Source: Ascoidea asiatica JCM 7603 (lineage: Eukaryota > Fungi > Ascomycota). Taken from it: a DNA stretch of 64,000 bases. The notes beneath the pieces were generated by a model, which worked only from the letters and a program-made list of their open reading frames with translations, ran no database searches and had not been told where the DNA came from. The DNA lies in assembly GCA_001600695.1 (NCBI GenBank), contig BCKQ01000003.1, positions 53,572 through 117,571 on the forward strand. The letters run 5' to 3'. The number at the start of each line of letters is the position of its first letter. Position 1 is the first letter of the stretch. The position numbers were made by a program, and so were the translations under genes. Below, piece after piece: positions 60,228 through 64,000 of this stretch.

Positions 60228-61483
60228 GTATATGAGTAAATGATTATTTATTTATTTATCTATTTACATATAATTCAAGAATTGAATTTTACTTCTTAAT
60301 GTCATTACCAACCTTTGATTTCTTATTTTCAATAAGATTTCTTGTATAAAAAAATAAAGCAAAGGCTATCCATAATTTCGGGAACTAAAATGAAGATGAA
60401 TAGTTAATGATAGATTAGATATATTAGTTTTATGGTTAGTAAATAATAGAATATATGAATATAATTCTAAATATAACATACGTGAGCTATTATAAAATCT
60501 TGTAAATTATATGGTAAAGGAAATGGAAATATTCCACTATAAATGGAAGAATAAATAGCAGAAGAAGTGAACAAAATTAAAGATATATCAGTATTTGTAT
60601 TGGTGATCATTTTTTCAATTCTTTTTATCTTGATTAATTAACAAATTAAAACTGAATATGATAAAATAAATGAAAAGGGAATCAGAAAGGATTTTATACA
60701 GTATCTATCCACCCTCTTCAATCACTGTAATTATACAGTTACTACCGGTACGGTTGTAGTATTAGTTGCAGTTCTCGTTTCAGTAACGTTATTTTCGCAG
60801 ATGAAAAACTCAGCTCACTAGATTCTGGATTAAACCCATGATTTCGGTCTCTTATAGACACGTGTGTATTTATCAGGGTCCATTCGAATATTTCGGATGT
60901 AATTATAACGGATTTAAAATTTCCAATTATATCCGCAACATGGACAGTAACTATAATATGTTTTAACAATCCATAATTATCCGCGTCTTATTTTTTTACA
61001 AATCCTTCCAAAGACACGGAGCACACTTTATTAAGGAAGCGTGACCTGAAGCACCTGCTATTTTCCTTAATTTTCTCCATTTTTTCCAGTTTTTTCTAGA
61101 TTTTTCCACGTCTGCACAAATTCCACGCAGAATCTCAAAATTTCTGTTCTTTTTTGCCTTCTCTGAAAGATTTTTCATTTTCTTCTTTTGCCTTTCTCTT
61201 TTAAATCTTTTCAATTTAATAATACTCACAAAAATTATCTTCATATTAATTAGTTTGATTGTATTAAATATATATATATCTAGTTTTTTATTTATAATAT
61301 TTATTATTCTTTAATTTATTAGTTAATTCATCAATTCTGTATTTATTTAATCTCGCTTGTATATAATATTATTAAAGCTTATAAATTCTATTTCTTTTAA
61401 TATCTCTTTCAAATTTAATCAAAACTAAATTAAAATTTATCAAATTATCTTTAATATAAATAAAATAAAATAACCTCAAAAAA

Positions 61484-63445
61484 ATGTATTCTGCTAAAAA
61501 TTCAGTTTTAAAGTCTTTATCAAAATTACCAACTTTAAAAAGATTCAATACAACCAATGCTCCAAAAGTTCAAGGTACAATAATTGGTGTTGATTTAGGT
61601 ACAACAAATTCTGCTGTTGCAGTAATGGAAGGTAAAACTCCCAAAATCTTAGAAAATGCTGAAGGTTCAAGAACAACACCATCTGTTGTTGCTTTTACAA
61701 AAGATGGTGAAAGATTAGTTGGTATACCTGCCAAAAGACAAGCTGTTGTTAACCCAGAAAATACTCTTTTCGCAACAAAAAGATTGATTGGTAGAAGATT
61801 TCAAGATACTGAGGTTCAAAGAGATCTTAATCAAGTTCCTTATAATATTGTAAAAAATCAAAATGGTGATGCATGGATCAAAGTTAATGATCAAACTTAT
61901 TCTCCTGCTCAAATTGGTGGGTTTGTTTTAAATAAAATGAAAGAAACTGCAGAAGCCGCTTTAGGTAAGACAATTAAAAATGCTGTTGTTACAGTTCCTG
62001 CTTATTTTAATGATGCTCAAAGATTAGCAACTAAAAATGCAGGTCAAATTGTTGGTTTAAATGTTTTAAGAGTTGTTAATGAACCAACTGCTGCTGCTTT
62101 AGCTTATGGTTTAGATAAACAAGATTCTGAGCAAGTTGTTGCTGTTTTTGATTTAGGTGGAGGTACTTTTGATATTTCAATCTTAGATATTGATAATGGT
62201 GTATTTGAAGTTAAATCTACTAATGGTGATACTCATCTTGGTGGTGAAGATTTTGACATTGTTTTAGTTAGACATATTGTTCAAAATTTCAAAAAAGAAA
62301 GTGGTATTGATTTACAAAATGATAGAATGGCTATTCAAAGAATTAGAGAAGCTTCTGAAAAGGCTAAAATTGAATTATCTTCAACTGTTTCAACTGATAT
62401 AAATTTACCTTTTATTACTGCTGATGCTTCTGGTCCAAAACATATTAATATGAAATTATCAAGATCTCAATTTGAATCTTTGGTTGAACCTTTAATTAAT
62501 AAAACTATTGATCCTGTTAAAAAAGCTTTAAAAGATGCTAATTTATCAACCTCAGACATTTCTGAAGTTTTATTAGTTGGTGGTATGACAAGAATGCCAA
62601 AAGTTGTTTCAACTGTTAAAAAATTATTTGGTAAAGAACCTTCAAAAGCTGTTAACCCTGATGAAGCTGTTGCAATGGGTGCTGCAATTCAAGGTGCTGT
62701 TTTATCTGGTGAAGTTACTGATGTTTTATTATTAGATGTTGCTCCATTATCTTTAGGTATTGAAACTTTAGGTGGTGTTTTCACTAGATTAATTACAAGA
62801 AACACAACTATTCCAACTAAAAAATCTCAAATTTTCTCGACTGCTGCTTCTGGTCAAACTTCTGTTGAAATTAGAGTTTTCCAAGGTGAAAGAGAATTAG
62901 TTAGAGATAATAAATTAATTGGTAATTTTACTCTTAGTGGTATTCCACCTGCACCAAAAGGTGTTCCTCAAATTGAAGTTACTTTTGATATTGATGCAGA
63001 TGGTATCATTAATGTCTCAGCAAAAGATAAGGCTACTAACAAAGATGCAGCAATCACAGTTGCCGGTTCTTCTGGTCTTACTGATGCTGAAATTGAAAAA
63101 ATGGTTAACGATGCTGAAAAATATAAAGAAACTGATAAAGCAAGAAGAGAATCTGTTGAATCTGCTAACAGAGCTGACAGTATATGTAATGATACAGAAA
63201 AATCTTTAGAAGAGTTCAAAGATAAAGTTGATGAAGCTGAAGCTAAATCATTAAAAGAGGAAATTGCTAAATTAAGAGAAATAGTTGCAAAAGCTCAATC
63301 TGGGGAAGAAATTTCTGCAGAAGAATTGAAGAGCAAAACTGAAGAATTGACCCAAAAGTCAATGAAAGTATTTGAACAATTGTATAAAAATGCCGCTAGC
63401 GAAGATGCTTCAAAGAAAGATTCCGAAGAACCACCAAAAAATTAA
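61484..63445 (+). CDS. SSC1: Mitochondrial matrix Hsp70
   Basis: Presequence, [17 protein letters not shown], mt-type [19 protein letters not shown] and SQIFSTAA; no EEVD; strong codon bias. Confidence 0.96.
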   Translation: MYSAKNSVLKSLSKLPTLKRFNTTNAPKVQGTIIGVDLGTTNSAVAVMEGKTPKILENAEGSRTTPSVVAFTKDGERLVGIPAKRQAVVNPENTLFATKRLIGRRFQDTEVQRDLNQVPYNIVKNQNGDAWIKVNDQTYSPAQIGGFVLNKMKETAEAALGKTIKNAVVTVPAYFNDAQRLATKNAGQIVGLNVLRVVNEPTAAALAYGLDKQDSEQVVAVFDLGGGTFDISILDIDNGVFEVKSTNGDTHLGGEDFDIVLVRHIVQNFKKESGIDLQNDRMAIQRIREASEKAKIELSSTVSTDINLPFITADASGPKHINMKLSRSQFESLVEPLINKTIDPVKKALKDANLSTSDISEVLLVGGMTRMPKVVSTVKKLFGKEPSKAVNPDEAVAMGAAIQGAVLSGEVTDVLLLDVAPLSLGIETLGGVFTRLITRNTTIPTKKSQIFSTAASGQTSVEIRVFQGERELVRDNKLIGNFTLSGIPPAPKGVPQIEVTFDIDADGIINVSAKDKATNKDAAITVAGSSGLTDAEIEKMVNDAEKYKETDKARRESVESANRADSICNDTEKSLEEFKDKVDEAEAKSLKEEIAKLREIVAKAQSGEEISAEELKSKTEELTQKSMKVFEQLYKNAASEDASKKDSEEPPKN

Positions 63446-64000
63446 ACTAAGTTTAATTAAGTCAAATAAAATTTTAGAATCCAATGTAACTTTAGGTTTA
63501 AGTTAACCCTACAATAAAATCTTGTACATATATATATATTAATGAATTTGGTTATAAATACGAATTAACCTTGAATGAATTTGTTTTCAATTTTTTTTGT
63601 AATCAAATATTTTATTTTAACTCTTATTACGAAAAGTTCTTTGTATGAAAAAAAAAGAAAAAGAAAAAAATGCAAATGCGAATGAGTCCGGTAAGAGGTA
63701 GGCAAAAATGTGTTAAGTATAATATAATGCAATTATTTAAAACAGTGGAATTCATTTATCAATTCATGTTCGTATTTTTTTTTTTTAATTATTTTGGCGA
63801 AGAAACTTTTTGAACTATTCTAAAAATTGAAATTAAAAAAGTTATTACCCACATTATTAAAATCAAAAATAAGAAAGCAGCCAAAGCTTTTTGTTTTTCA
63901 CAAATATCATTAAATTTTATAAGTGTTTTGTTTGAAACCTCAAAAGTTTTAAGGCAAACCCATTGATTATCAAACAAAGTATTGAAAGTTAAAGCTAAAT

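Noticed and set aside
32716-63219. Antisense or alternative-frame ORFs overlapping NOG2, GCD1, the 1335-aa gene, EFG1 and SSC1
   Set aside because: Shadow ORFs produced by codon bias and low-complexity coding; no motifs.
61484-63445. Absence of CTG codons in SSC1 as a sign of CUG reassignment
   Set aside because: CTC and CTA are also essentially absent, so AT and expression bias explain it. The CTGs I saw elsewhere lie in unalignable regions, so the code is unresolved.
1-64000. CRISPR arrays, tRNA genes, telomeric repeats
   Set aside because: Eukaryotic sequence; I saw no repeat-spacer array, cloverleaf with A/B boxes or telomere-like tandem array.

Overview
AT-rich budding-yeast (Saccharomycotina-type) nuclear DNA in two parts. 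(1) Bases 1 to about 23.6 kb are gene-free. They start with a mutated 18S rRNA fragment, followed by a stack of decayed LTR retrotransposons. The nesting can be reconstructed from LTR ends, primer-binding sites (PBS), polypurine tracts (PPT) and target-site duplications (TSD). A minus-strand Ty3/gypsy element (8324-23631, TSD TTTTT) has its 5' LTR split by a plus-strand Ty1/copia element (14943-23495, TSD TTGCG). The copia 3' LTR is in turn interrupted by a ~1 kb, very hairpin-rich TG...CA element. (2) From 24.9 kb to the end is ordinary, intron-poor gene space: a USV1/RGM1-like zinc finger, a 40-aa metallothionein-like ORF, a class-3 lipase, an MCH1-like MFS transporter, an intronless NOG2, GCD1, NAT3, SNF12/RSC6, a younger full-length decayed Ty1/copia element (39252-45537, 233-bp LTRs, TSD TTTAA, gag and pol in frame across CAA-TAA-CTA), a 1335-aa low-complexity protein, TRM44, an EFG1/SOK2/PHD1 APSES factor bracketed by two inverted repeats, a YPL107W-like protein and SSC1. 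All homology calls are from recognised motifs, not database searches. The species and genetic code could not be determined.
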